DNA from: a virus
Lineage: Duplodnaviria > Caudoviricetes
Virus record (IMG/VR): IMGVR_UViG_3300043411_001582
Span: 1 to 57,987 of that record
Strand: one strand, 5' to 3'
DNA: 57,987 bases
Shown here: positions 29,006 through 39,061 of the stretch, piece by piece
Layout: each line of letters starts with the position of its first letter
How positions within the stretch are numbered: position 1 is the stretch's first letter
Translations under genes and position numbers: made by a program
The notes under the pieces: generated by a model
Databases searched by the model: none
Seen by the model: only the letters and a program-made list of their open reading frames with translations
What the model was told of the DNA's origin: nothing

Positions 29006-29446
29006 ATGATTGAAATAGATGGCTCATGTTATGAAACCTACATTAGGATAGATCAAGATCATCCAACATTAGCTTCTGCTTGTAGATTAATTCCAAATCA
29101 TGTTAAGATAAATTATGACTTGATTATTAGAGACAATAATCTATCGTCTCTAAAAGGTATTTCTCCAAGAGTTGGACATAATCTTTGGGCGGCAAGAAAC
29201 AATCTCACTTCACTTCATAACATACATAAACACTTAAAATATGTTGGGATTTCAATTGGATTTAAACACAATCCTATCAAATCGCATGTTCTCGGATTAC
29301 TTTTGATAGACGGTCTTCAAAAAATCTTCTTAGATAATAAAGAAGTAGAAGACATTATCAATAAACATCTGAAGAACGGTAGAGACATCTTCGCTTGCCA
29401 AGAAGAATTAATTGAATCAGGTTTTGAAGATTTTGCTCAGTTGTAG
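29006..29446 (+). CDS. LRR family paralogue 6 (no ELFE leader)
   Basis: 2 LRRs, LHNIHK, SHVLGLLLIDGL, C-cap. Confidence 0.8.
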   Translation: MIEIDGSCYETYIRIDQDHPTLASACRLIPNHVKINYDLIIRDNNLSSLKGISPRVGHNLWAARNNLTSLHNIHKHLKYVGISIGFKHNPIKSHVLGLLLIDGLQKIFLDNKEVEDIINKHLKNGRDIFACQEELIESGFEDFAQL

Positions 29447-29495
29447 TCAGGATTTCTATAAATATCTCATTGATAATGTCATTGAGGGGTTTATC

Positions 29496-29675
29496 GTGAA
29501 ATTGACTGATTTATTTAAAAACGTTCCAAAAAGCAAAGACGAAGTAGTCACAGAGGATACACATGACTATTCGGCAAAAGCCAAAGTAGATGAAGATCCT
29601 GAATTTGATCAGTGGCTTGAAGGCTATAAAGATCGTAATCCACACGCTCATCATAAAATCTCCAACTTACACTAA
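29496..29675 (+). CDS. small protein with MKLTDLF leader variant
   Basis: GTG start, GAGGGG SD, late promoter TATAAATA 29457-29464. Confidence 0.6.
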   Translation: MKLTDLFKNVPKSKDEVVTEDTHDYSAKAKVDEDPEFDQWLEGYKDRNPHAHHKISNLH

Positions 29676-29684
29676 GCAATCAAA

Positions 29685-32201
29685 ATGACAAACGAATTTA
29701 AAGTATCTAATAATGTAGTTGCCAAAACCAGCATGGTTGAACGCATACTAGCAAATAGAGAAGAAAATAGTTCTTCAACAGTTGGTATGTTACTCGCCGG
29801 AGATCCAGGAACCGGCAAAACATCTTTTGTCAGATTTTTGGCTCATCTTTTAGGTATGCAACTTATAGTAATTGAAGCTCCACATATTACTGAAGAACAT
29901 ATTATCAATATCCCATTTATTGTTTTTAATGACGATAATTCACCAGGGGTTAAAGGGGAGCAAAAAGTTGAAGAACATGGACCAACTATCGAATTAGCCG
30001 ATAGTTATTTATTCTCTCAATTAAATAGGGCCAAAGGTATTGATGATTCAACTTTGCTGAAGAATATCTATAAAGGACATGACCAATATCAACACGTTTG
30101 GGAAGAACTTGGCGGTGATGAAACTACCATACCAGAGCCAGTTGCCGAATTTCGCGCTCATACCAAGGTGATGTTATTTATTGATGAGTTCTTCCGCAAT
30201 CCATCAAATAGAATTAAGAATATTTTGCGTGGTATTCTAAATGGCAAATTAGGCACACATAGTCTTCCGCAAAATGCGTATGTTATTTATGCATCAAATC
30301 TTAAAGATGAAGGTGTAACGGATATTCCGAAAAACACAGATTTTGTAAAAATTAAGCTTGAAGTTCCTGACAAAGATGAATGGTTCTCTTGGCTCGTGAA
30401 TAAGTATAAAGACTCAGAAGAAGTTCATTTAAATATGGACATTATTAATGCTTTCTATAAACTTCTTAAGCAAGAGCATTTGAGTTCACACGATTTAGAG
30501 GCCAATGTTCGTGCTTCGCCACGTTCATGGGAACAAATTTTACTTTATATCAATAGCTCTTTACCTGCTGAAAATGAGAAGGATGCAAAATCGTTAATTT
30601 CAAATATTAGATCTAAATTCTCTAATTATCAAACAGGTGAAGAACATACGATTGCGGCTGGTGTTTTAGATGTAGTTTCTAAATTGATTAAAGAAACTAG
30701 TGATTTTGAAGTTGGTACTGCTGGTAATACTGAAGAAGAATGGCGTTCCACTTTTGAACACCAAATTAAACAGAAAATGAAACTTGGTAATGCACGAACT
30801 TATGTACCAATTGTTTCAGGCCCTCCTGGGATCGGAAAGACTTCGGAGATGGCACTTACTGCATTGAATTTAGATCTTCGCTATATCTATGTTGATTGCT
30901 CTACGTTAGATCCAGAAATGACCTTGGGCATCCCACTGCCAGATAATCCAAAGGGGTCAAAGACGAGAGCCGTACGATTTTCCTTCCCGCAGCTATATAC
31001 TCAGATAATGAACGATATTGCTAAAGAGGACGCGGCACATATCAAGAATATGTCATCCGCTGAAAAGAAAGCTTATTCTAAAAAGAAATACAAGTACATG
31101 ATTTTCTTTGATGAATTTAATCGTACTTCTGTAAAAGTCTTCAACGGGCTTCGTCGTGTTCTGCTTGAAAAAGATTTTGGTCCAGGACTTGAACTTCCGG
31201 ATGAAGCCATTATGGTCGCCGCCATTAATCCAACAGATGTTGGAACACAAGAGTTGACCATGCACATGCGTGACGTGGTTGATATTATTGATTCCCAACC
31301 AAGCTGGAAGTTGGCATTAGGATTTATTGATAAACTCAAAGTTAAAGCATTACCTGTTGCACTTGAAACTGCAAAGAACACCGTTATTAAGATGATGCTC
31401 AATTTTAAAGAGACCGATCCAAAGAGATCTGCCGATCAGCGTCCATTCTATATGGGTATGGGTGAAACACCTTTGTATGTTTCACCGCGCGAAATAGTTA
31501 CCATGATCAGAAATACGGCCAGAGTTCTTTCTTTGAAACTTAACAATAAACGGTTGAAAGCAATGATCGAGACTGATGATGTAGAACAACGCAAACAGGC
31601 CTTCGATGCCTTGGCTTTGGCCACTTTTACGACGATAGATGGTGTTTTGTCTATTGGTATGGATAAACAAGGTATTGATGCACCAGAGTTCCTGCACGAT
31701 TTAGAAAACTGGATTCATGAACATCTTGACGTAGCCGGTATCTTTGTAAAGAAGAATAAGACACTCGGGCTAGAATCTATTATTGATCCGTACTTTGGCG
31801 ATTCTAAAAAGGATATGACCAAAGAACTCGAGTTGATTAATTATGTCGAAGGCAATGACATTCAAGTCTTCAAGGATGAATTGAGTCAATATCTGGTCGA
31901 GAAGCTTAAAAATGATAAAACTCATTTGACAAACAAGAAGCATCATATCCGCGGGATTGCTGATGGTAAACTTACTAAAGACGAAAACGTTTTAGTTTCT
32001 AACCTGGAACATCTCGTACGTGATATAATCTTAGCATTCAAGGTTAATAAGGTTAGCTCTGAAATGTTTGATGGTGTTAAGTTTGCAACTCGTGATGCTT
32101 TGAAAGAACTTATTCGAGTTCTTAAAGAAGCCGATGAGGGTGATCTTAATGCTGAAGCAGTTGAATTGAATGGGCGTTTGTTTAGATTGTTTAAGGCTTG
32201 A
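29685..32201 (+). CDS. tandem double AAA+ ATPase (MoxR/dynein-related type)
   Basis: two Walker A (GDPGTGKT, GPPGIGKT), two Walker B (FIDEF, FFDEF), two SPR sensor motifs. Confidence 0.85.
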   Translation: MTNEFKVSNNVVAKTSMVERILANREENSSSTVGMLLAGDPGTGKTSFVRFLAHLLGMQLIVIEAPHITEEHIINIPFIVFNDDNSPGVKGEQKVEEHGPTIELADSYLFSQLNRAKGIDDSTLLKNIYKGHDQYQHVWEELGGDETTIPEPVAEFRAHTKVMLFIDEFFRNPSNRIKNILRGILNGKLGTHSLPQNAYVIYASNLKDEGVTDIPKNTDFVKIKLEVPDKDEWFSWLVNKYKDSEEVHLNMDIINAFYKLLKQEHLSSHDLEANVRASPRSWEQILLYINSSLPAENEKDAKSLISNIRSKFSNYQTGEEHTIAAGVLDVVSKLIKETSDFEVGTAGNTEEEWRSTFEHQIKQKMKLGNARTYVPIVSGPPGIGKTSEMALTALNLDLRYIYVDCSTLDPEMTLGIPLPDNPKGSKTRAVRFSFPQLYTQIMNDIAKEDAAHIKNMSSAEKKAYSKKKYKYMIFFDEFNRTSVKVFNGLRRVLLEKDFGPGLELPDEAIMVAAINPTDVGTQELTMHMRDVVDIIDSQPSWKLALGFIDKLKVKALPVALETAKNTVIKMMLNFKETDPKRSADQRPFYMGMGETPLYVSPREIVTMIRNTARVLSLKLNNKRLKAMIETDDVEQRKQAFDALALATFTTIDGVLSIGMDKQGIDAPEFLHDLENWIHEHLDVAGIFVKKNKTLGLESIIDPYFGDSKKDMTKELELINYVEGNDIQVFKDELSQYLVEKLKNDKTHLTNKKHHIRGIADGKLTKDENVLVSNLEHLVRDIILAFKVNKVSSEMFDGVKFATRDALKELIRVLKEADEGDLNAEAVELNGRLFRLFKA

Positions 32202-32204
32202 TAT

Positions 32205-32816
32205 ATGAAAGTATCTGATTTATTTGAAGCCGAAGAAAAAAGCATCTTGTCTGTAATGGGCAAACAAGAAGATCAGGTCGCTGGTGACTTTTCTTGTTAC
32301 AACAATAATCTTACGTCTCTAGAAGGCTCGCCAAAAGAAGTAGGTGGCATTTTCTTTTGTTCCTACAATAATCTTACGTCTCTAGAAGGCTCGCCAAAAG
32401 AAGTAGGTGGCAACTTTTCTTGTTACCACAATAAGCTTACGTCTCTAGAAGGCTCGCCAAAAGAAGTAGGTGGCAACTTTGACTGTTCCTACAATAATCT
32501 TACGTCTCTAGAAGGCTCGCCAAAAGAAGTAGGTGGCAACTTTGACTGTTCCTGCAATAAGCTTACGTCTCTTCGTAATATTCATAAGCATGTAAAGAAG
32601 ATGATTGGTGAAGCCAATTTTGAAGATAATAATATTAAGTCTTGTGTTCTTGGATTACTTTTAATAGATGGATTAACAGTAGTACTTCTTAAAAATAAGA
32701 AAGTACAGAAGATTATCAATAAACACTTGAAAGGTGATCGTAAAGGTGATCGAGACATCTTTGCTTGTCAAGAAGAATTAATTGAACATGGATATGATGA
32801 GTTTGCAAAACTATAG
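32205..32816 (+). CDS. LRR family paralogue 7 with near-perfect internal tandem repeats
   Basis: MKVSDLFE leader, 5 LRRs, C-cap. Confidence 0.9.
   Translation: MKVSDLFEAEEKSILSVMGKQEDQVAGDFSCYNNNLTSLEGSPKEVGGIFFCSYNNLTSLEGSPKEVGGNFSCYHNKLTSLEGSPKEVGGNFDCSYNNLTSLEGSPKEVGGNFDCSCNKLTSLRNIHKHVKKMIGEANFEDNNIKSCVLGLLLIDGLTVVLLKNKKVQKIINKHLKGDRKGDRDIFACQEELIEHGYDEFAKL
32283..32572 (+). repeat. 63-bp in-frame tandem repeat, about 4.6 units
   Basis: identical 40-nt block CTTACGTCTCTAGAAGGCTCGCCAAAAGAAGTAGGTGGCA at 32310, 32373, 32436, 32499. Confidence 0.95.
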
Positions 32817-32826
32817 GATTTTATAA

Positions 32827-34572
32827 ATGGCTAATCTCGCCTCAAAAATTAAAGCCGATATCGGCGTAGTCAAATTTCTAAAGTCTGCTTGGACCGACAA
32901 AAATATTTCTGACTCTCTTGATCTTATTGCAAAAGAACAAAAGGTTACTGTTCAAGATGTAAAAGATAAAATTCAGAAAAAGATTGATGAATTTCAAGAC
33001 ATCGCAAAATATTCTAAAATGCTTTATGAAACTATTGCATTGAATATTATCGAGTCTGAAATCTTCAATATGCTTACTGACCTTACTCATAAGGCCGAAG
33101 AAGAACAGAAATTTGATCCAGCCACATTTATGGCGTTGATTCGTGCTGTCAAGGCAGAGCATGCTCGATTTTTTCCGCTTCGCAATTTTTCTGATTCTAA
33201 GCATCTACACAATCCTCGCTGGATTCTTGTGCCGAGTGATAAAGAAGAAAACAAAAAATACAACAGCATCACTACTGCTGCTGCAACTCCAAAAGGCGAG
33301 TTTATTTTCTGTGTACCTTTCATGCAGAAACTTTTAGACTATGCACGAATTAAAGGTCTACAACCAAAGAGTAAAAAGTATTCTAATAACGGTGGTCCAT
33401 TTCCACCAGGCTATGCGTATATTGAATTTCTGATCATTCATGAATTGCTTCACTATACTCAGTCGGACTTTCATTACGGAAAGATCTACAAAGAAGTAAG
33501 TCCACAACTCCTTAATTGGGTCGGCGACTTCAGGTCTAATTACGAATTAGTAAAGGGTGGATACGAACAACTCCCAATCGGACTTTATAGCGATCATATC
33601 AACTATGATCGTCAGAACACCTATAAAGAAATGATCGATATTGTCAAAGCCGAGATGGATAAGCTTCCTAAGAAGGAACAGGACAAAGTCAAGCAACAGA
33701 TGGATGAGATGACCGATGAACACGGCGAAGGCGAAGAGGAAGAAGGCGAAGGTCCTGACATGGAAGGCAAGGAAGGCGAGGTCGATAAAGCTGGAAAAGC
33801 TACCAGCAAAGCCATGGGCGAAAAGAAAGATTCTAAAGGTGAAGGTGAAGGCGAAGGTGGTGATAAACCTTCTGACAAAAAAGGTTCTCAACCTGGCAAA
33901 GGTAATGTTACTACAACTTCTAAGTTTGATCCTTCATCTATTAAGCCAAGATATTCTTGGCGCGATCTGATTTCTAAGGCTGTTAAGAGCTCTGCCGAAA
34001 CCGAAGAAACTTACATGAAGCCGAATCGTCGTGGCATTACCGGTGCAGTACTTGCACACACCCGTGGTTCAGCAGCTGTAAAGCCTGGTGATATTGAGAC
34101 TCAAGTCAATGTCAAGCTATTAGTTATTGTCGATTCGTCTGGATCAATGGGAAGTGAACTTGGCAAGGTCTATGCTAATATTAAAAATCTTTTGAGCAAT
34201 CGCGAAGTTGGACACACGTTCTTGTTGACTAGATTCTCTGATGTATTTGATGAATGGGCATGTAATGTCAAGACTGATAAGGCTGTTAATACTGAAGATA
34301 AAAAAGTAGATAAAGTCTCTCATGTCTTTACCACCACCTACGGTGGTGGAACACAATTACAAGCTGATATGGTAGAACAAGCCAGACAACGTATGTCTAA
34401 AGGATATAATGTACTATTCTTTAGTGATACCGATGTATTGGCCTCTTCAAACTTCACTCAATTGAAAGCTCTGCTTGACATGAAAGCTTTTGTAATCTTT
34501 GATAGCAAAGCCACATTTGAACAAGCCGTTGGAAAATTAAAATCAGTTCCATTTGGTATGTCACACTTATGA
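32827..34572 (+). CDS. HExxH metallopeptidase-like + vWA domain protein (DUF2201-like architecture)
   Basis: TAAAT, HELLH, N..GD..SN, acidic/Gly linker, W..L, VIVDSSGSM MIDAS, GGGT, SD. Confidence 0.85.
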   Translation: MANLASKIKADIGVVKFLKSAWTDKNISDSLDLIAKEQKVTVQDVKDKIQKKIDEFQDIAKYSKMLYETIALNIIESEIFNMLTDLTHKAEEEQKFDPATFMALIRAVKAEHARFFPLRNFSDSKHLHNPRWILVPSDKEENKKYNSITTAAATPKGEFIFCVPFMQKLLDYARIKGLQPKSKKYSNNGGPFPPGYAYIEFLIIHELLHYTQSDFHYGKIYKEVSPQLLNWVGDFRSNYELVKGGYEQLPIGLYSDHINYDRQNTYKEMIDIVKAEMDKLPKKEQDKVKQQMDEMTDEHGEGEEEEGEGPDMEGKEGEVDKAGKATSKAMGEKKDSKGEGEGEGGDKPSDKKGSQPGKGNVTTTSKFDPSSIKPRYSWRDLISKAVKSSAETEETYMKPNRRGITGAVLAHTRGSAAVKPGDIETQVNVKLLVIVDSSGSMGSELGKVYANIKNLLSNREVGHTFLLTRFSDVFDEWACNVKTDKAVNTEDKKVDKVSHVFTTTYGGGTQLQADMVEQARQRMSKGYNVLFFSDTDVLASSNFTQLKALLDMKAFVIFDSKATFEQAVGKLKSVPFGMSHL

Positions 34573-35105
34573 AAGTATCTGAATTATTTGAAGAGACAGA
34601 AAGATCAGTGACGTCTGTGATGGGACAGCAACCAGAACATATAGCACGTGATTTCTTTTGTAGTTACAACAAGCTTACTTCTCTGAAAGGTGCTCCAATA
34701 TCTATAGACGGAAATTTCAATTGCAGTAATAATAATCTCACATCATTAAAAGGTGGACCTACCTCTGTTAGTGGTTATTACTATTGTTATGAAAATAGCT
34801 TAACTTCTTTAGAAGGGTTACCTTCTTCAATGGACAGTTTATCCATTTCATGTAATAAGATTACGTCACTTCACAACATCCATAAGATTATTAAACGAAT
34901 AAACGGGGCTGCAAATTTTAGTAATAATCCAATTAAGTCACATCTATTAGGTTTACTTCTAATAGATGGGTTAACTAAAATTTGGTTTGATGATAACTGG
35001 CCATTAGTTAGAATTATTAACAAGCACTTACAAGGCGAACGAGACATCTTTGCTTGTCAAGAAGAGCTAATTGAGAATGGCTTTGAGGTCTTTGCGCAAT
35101 TATGA
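34569..35105 (+). CDS. LRR family paralogue 8
   Basis: MKVSELFE leader, 4 LRRs, C-cap. Confidence 0.85.
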   Translation: MKVSELFEETERSVTSVMGQQPEHIARDFFCSYNKLTSLKGAPISIDGNFNCSNNNLTSLKGGPTSVSGYYYCYENSLTSLEGLPSSMDSLSISCNKITSLHNIHKIIKRINGAANFSNNPIKSHLLGLLLIDGLTKIWFDDNWPLVRIINKHLQGERDIFACQEELIENGFEVFAQL

Positions 35106-35341
35106 AAGTGTGTCCTTACTTCAAGGATGAACTCTGTAGCATCTACGATCAGAGACCACAGTGTTGTAGATCATTTCCGAATAGAACTAGTGGCATGTTC
35201 TGCGCCGATTCTAAATGTGATGAAGATTGCATTAGCTGCAAAGATAAATGCTGTAGGCACATCGAAGGCGAAGGTACTGATGTTTTTGAATTGCTAAACA
35301 TCAGCTGTTCTGAATGTCAGAACAAATATTGCCTTAATTAA
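35102..35341 (+). CDS. Cys-rich YkgJ-like metal-binding protein
   Basis: CPYF....CSIY..RP..CR.FP plus C..C...CC. Confidence 0.7.
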   Translation: MKVCPYFKDELCSIYDQRPQCCRSFPNRTSGMFCADSKCDEDCISCKDKCCRHIEGEGTDVFELLNISCSECQNKYCLN

Positions 35342-35363
35342 AATCTGGTGAAATTAGAATGAT

Positions 35364-35387
35364 AAATAGGTTCTAATGAACCTATTT
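35364..35387 (+). terminator. stem-loop overlapping a GATAAATA late promoter motif
   Basis: AAATAGGTTC-taat-GAACCTATTT(T). Confidence 0.55.
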
Positions 35388-35489
35388 TGAAGGGCACGCG
35401 TAATGAACCTAGAAATAGTCAATAGGAATCATGTGAAGGTTATTTCATCTAGCATAAATACTAATGGACTAACCCCTTAAGGAACTATT

Positions 35490-36575
35490 ATGCTAACCTA
35501 TGAAGATTTTGGACAACCTACACGTCATCTTAAACGCTATTTGAAATTGATCGAATCACAAGCTTTACCTAAGAAAGTTAAGGGCGATTATCTGGAAGAA
35601 CATCATATCTATCCTCGCTGTATTTTTGGTGATACTGATCAATTAGTGGTATTGAACCTACGTGCACATTTTATTGCACATGAACTTATCTGGAGACACT
35701 ATAAAGAAATTAAACATCCAAAAGCCAATAAGCTAGCTTATCCTTTAAACAGAATGAAGAGCGCTGTAAAGAATCAGCATTCTACTACAGAAAAGTTAAG
35801 GGTCACTAGTCGCATGGCTGAGATAGCTAGGAGATCGATGCACGAAGCTTTAATTGGGAAGAATAATCCTTTCTACGGTAAGAAGCATTCACCTGAAGCT
35901 TTAGCTAAAATGAGTGCGAAAAATGTTGGGAGGAAAGTATCACCAGAAACCCTCACAAAGATGAGTGAGGCGACGAAGGGGTTTTGGAAAGACGAAATTT
36001 ATCGTGCTACTATTTGTGAGGCACTCCGTAACAGAGAGATTACTGAGGAAACTAGGGAAAAGATTAGTAAAGTACATAGAGGAAAAGTTCTTTCAGATGA
36101 AACTAAACAAAAATTAAGTATAGCACATAAAGGTATTAGACTTGGGTGGAAGGATAGCAAAGAAACACTTGAGAAAAAGAGTAAGTCACAAAAAGGTAAA
36201 AAGAAATCAGAAGAGCATATTAACAAAATTAATAGAAATCCTGAGAAAATTAGAAAGACTGCTGAAAAACATCGCGGCATGAAACGAAGCGAAGAGACGT
36301 GCCGCAAGATTTCTGAAAAGGCAAAAGGCCGCATTTCTAAAATTAAAGGATTAAAAACTTTTTACCATCCGATAACTTTAGAGGTGATAAAGATAATTGG
36401 GGATCAAGAAATTCCAGAAGGATTCATAAAAGGATATCCTCTGATGAGGGATTCTAATGGAATGAAAGGAAGAGAATGGTGGTTTAACCCACTCACAAGA
36501 GAAGTAAAACCATTTTCTAGAGATGAAACAAAGCCAGATGGATGGCAACGCGGGAGACCAAAAAAGGTAAAATAA
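35490..36575 (+). CDS. HNH homing endonuclease with NUMOD3 repeats
   Basis: EEHHIYPRC...LVVL..RAHFIAH, NPFYGKKHS, repeated EET..KIS; late promoter 35453-35460. Confidence 0.85.
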   Translation: MLTYEDFGQPTRHLKRYLKLIESQALPKKVKGDYLEEHHIYPRCIFGDTDQLVVLNLRAHFIAHELIWRHYKEIKHPKANKLAYPLNRMKSAVKNQHSTTEKLRVTSRMAEIARRSMHEALIGKNNPFYGKKHSPEALAKMSAKNVGRKVSPETLTKMSEATKGFWKDEIYRATICEALRNREITEETREKISKVHRGKVLSDETKQKLSIAHKGIRLGWKDSKETLEKKSKSQKGKKKSEEHINKINRNPEKIRKTAEKHRGMKRSEETCRKISEKAKGRISKIKGLKTFYHPITLEVIKIIGDQEIPEGFIKGYPLMRDSNGMKGREWWFNPLTREVKPFSRDETKPDGWQRGRPKKVK

Positions 36576-38095
36576 TGAAAAATGAACAGATTAAGAGAGC
36601 TTATGCAGAGGATGAATATACCCCATTCATGATAAGTGAACTTCGCAAATGTAAAAAAGATCCTATTTACTTTATGCGAAACTACATAAAGATTCAACAT
36701 CCAACAAGAGGAACAATACCTTTTGAGATGTTTGAATTTCAAGAACGATATGTTAGGAGTTTACACGAGAATAGATTTGTGGCGTGTTTAATGCCCAGGC
36801 AGTGCGGCAAGACTGTTACAACGGCTATGTATCTTTTGTGGTTTGCCTCTTTTAATCAGGACTCTACAATTCTTATTGCTTCAAAAAATCAAAGTCATGC
36901 TTTAGAAATTGCAGCAAGAATTAGATTTGCCTATGAAGAACTTCCAAACTGGATTAAACCAGGAATGAAGTATTATAACCGGCATAATCTAGAGATGGAC
37001 AATAAATCAAGGATTATTTCTGAAGCTACAACTGCAAAAACAGGTCGAGGCACATCACTCACTAAGCTATACCTTGACGAGCTCGGATTTGTAGACAAAA
37101 GGATTCAGGATGAGATGTGGAGTTCTTTAGCACCTACGCTTTCTACTGGTGGTTCTGCTATTATTTCTTCAACCCCAAATGGTGATACTGATCTTTTTGC
37201 TTCTCTTTGGCGCGGTGCTATGTCAGGAACAAATGGCTTTGTGCCATTTCAAGTACATTGGAGAGAACACCCAGAACGATCTGATGCCTATTGGGATGAA
37301 ATGGTCGGTCAATTAGGAGAATTGAAGTGTCGGCAAGAAGTAGGAACAGAATTTTTATCTTCCGACGCCCTCCTCATCAACTCGATGAAGCTGCAGCAGC
37401 TTAAGTACTCACGTCCTTCATTCGAAGACATGGGCTTCAAGTTCTGGGCCGATCCTAATACTCTAGGTGGTCAAGGCAAAACTTATCTTGTCTCTTTAGA
37501 TCCCGCTACAGGCAATGGTAAAGACTTTTCAGTAATTCAAATCTTTGACTTTCCAAAGCTTACACAGATTGCCGAATGGCGAAGTAATGAGATTAATATT
37601 CCGTTGCTATATGCTAAATTGAAATGGGTCCTTAATAAGCTTACTATGCCTGTAGGTCGTGGTCGAGCCGAAGTATTATGGACCTTCGAGCGTAATGGTA
37701 TTGGTGAAGCCATGAGTGCATTGTATGTAAATGATGAGAAGCCACCAGAATTTGCAGAACTATATAATGATGCACCTGGCAAATACGGTGTATATACTTC
37801 TGGCAAATCGAAAATTTTGTCTTGCTTACAATTGAAGACGTTAATCGAGAAGGTTAATAATGGCTTCACGATTAATTCTGAGATATTGTTATTTGAATTG
37901 AAGAATTTTGTTGCGAAGGGCGGAAGCTATGAAGCAAAATCTGGTTGTACTGATGACTGTGTCATGGCGACTGTTGGGATCACGAGGTTGATTAAACGAT
38001 TAGCAGAGTATAATGATGAAGCGTTTAAACGAGTAAACGAATACGTCGAGGCGAATGATCCGAGTGACGATGAGCCATTAGGAATGGTTTTTTGA
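36575..38095 (+). CDS. gp17: terminase large subunit
   Basis: PRQCGKT Walker A, LYLDE Walker B, SSTPNG, nuclease DPA.G.GKD.S, ERN, DDCVMA. Confidence 0.95.
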   Translation: MKNEQIKRAYAEDEYTPFMISELRKCKKDPIYFMRNYIKIQHPTRGTIPFEMFEFQERYVRSLHENRFVACLMPRQCGKTVTTAMYLLWFASFNQDSTILIASKNQSHALEIAARIRFAYEELPNWIKPGMKYYNRHNLEMDNKSRIISEATTAKTGRGTSLTKLYLDELGFVDKRIQDEMWSSLAPTLSTGGSAIISSTPNGDTDLFASLWRGAMSGTNGFVPFQVHWREHPERSDAYWDEMVGQLGELKCRQEVGTEFLSSDALLINSMKLQQLKYSRPSFEDMGFKFWADPNTLGGQGKTYLVSLDPATGNGKDFSVIQIFDFPKLTQIAEWRSNEINIPLLYAKLKWVLNKLTMPVGRGRAEVLWTFERNGIGEAMSALYVNDEKPPEFAELYNDAPGKYGVYTSGKSKILSCLQLKTLIEKVNNGFTINSEILLFELKNFVAKGGSYEAKSGCTDDCVMATVGITRLIKRLAEYNDEAFKRVNEYVEANDPSDDEPLGMVF

Positions 38096-38120
38096 TAAAT
38101 AGATGTTTTAATGGTAGCCT

Positions 38121-38594
38121 ATGAAAGTAAGTGAATTATTTGAAGACGAAGAAAGAAGTGTCTTATCTGTAATGGGACAGCGGCCAGAACACTGTTATGG
38201 TAATTTTCGTTGTTCAGATAAAGATATTGAATCGTTAAAAGGGGCACCTAAATCAGTGTCTCACTCAGTATTTTGTTCTAGAAATAAATTTTCTTCGTTG
38301 GATGGTGTACCTTCTGAAATAGGCGATAACTTATATTTTGAGTACAACAATTTGACCACACTTCATAATATTCATAAGTACATTAAAAAGATTGGGAATG
38401 TTGCTGATTTCAGATGGAATCCCATCACCTCGCATGTACTTGGGCTACTTCTAATAGATGGTCTGAAGGTATGTTTTCTTGACAATACGAAAGTAGAAGT
38501 CATTATCAATAAGCATCTGAAAGGCGAACGAGATGTCTTCGCATGTCAAGAAGAATTAATTGAAAATGGATTTGAGGACTTTGCGCAATTATGA
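38121..38594 (+). CDS. LRR family paralogue 9
   Basis: MKVSELFE leader, 3 LRRs, C-cap; late promoter GATAAATA 38094-38101. Confidence 0.85.
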   Translation: MKVSELFEDEERSVLSVMGQRPEHCYGNFRCSDKDIESLKGAPKSVSHSVFCSRNKFSSLDGVPSEIGDNLYFEYNNLTTLHNIHKYIKKIGNVADFRWNPITSHVLGLLLIDGLKVCFLDNTKVEVIINKHLKGERDVFACQEELIENGFEDFAQL

Positions 38595-39061
38595 AATTAC
38601 AAGAATTATTTGAAGAAGAAAGAAGTGTTCTTTCGGTCTGTGGTCGATTTCCAAGGGTGTTTACCGGAATATTTGTTGCCAACAATATAGAGCTGACATC
38701 TTTGAAAGGATCTCCTGAAGAGATAATAGGCGACTTTGATTGTAGTGCTAATTATCTGACTTCATTAGAAGGTGCTCCATCTTCAATAGGCGGTAATTTC
38801 GTATGTGATTATAATGCTATTACTTCATTACATAATATCCATAAGCAAATTAAATATATTGGAGGATATGCAAATTTCGAATATAATCCAATTAAGTCAC
38901 ATGTACTTGGATTACTTCTAATAAAAGGATTAAAGTATGTTTATCTAACCAACGGAAAAGTGGCAGACATTATTGATAAGCATCTATCTGGTGATCGAGA
39001 TGTCTTCGCTTGTCAAGAAGAATTGATTGAAGCTGGTTTTGAGGACTATGCACAATTATGA
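38591..39061 (+). CDS. LRR family paralogue 10
   Basis: MKLQELFE leader, 3 LRRs, C-cap. Confidence 0.85.
   Translation: MKLQELFEEERSVLSVCGRFPRVFTGIFVANNIELTSLKGSPEEIIGDFDCSANYLTSLEGAPSSIGGNFVCDYNAITSLHNIHKQIKYIGGYANFEYNPIKSHVLGLLLIKGLKYVYLTNGKVADIIDKHLSGDRDVFACQEELIEAGFEDYAQL

Noticed and set aside
32310-32572. CRISPR-like array (40-nt repeats with 23-nt spacers)
   Set aside because: Period is exactly 21 codons within an ORF, the spacers are homologous to each other, and there are no cas genes in the window
33700-33900. GAAGGC/GAAGGT-rich repetitive stretch
   Set aside because: Encodes the Glu/Gly low-complexity linker typical between the peptidase-like and vWA domains
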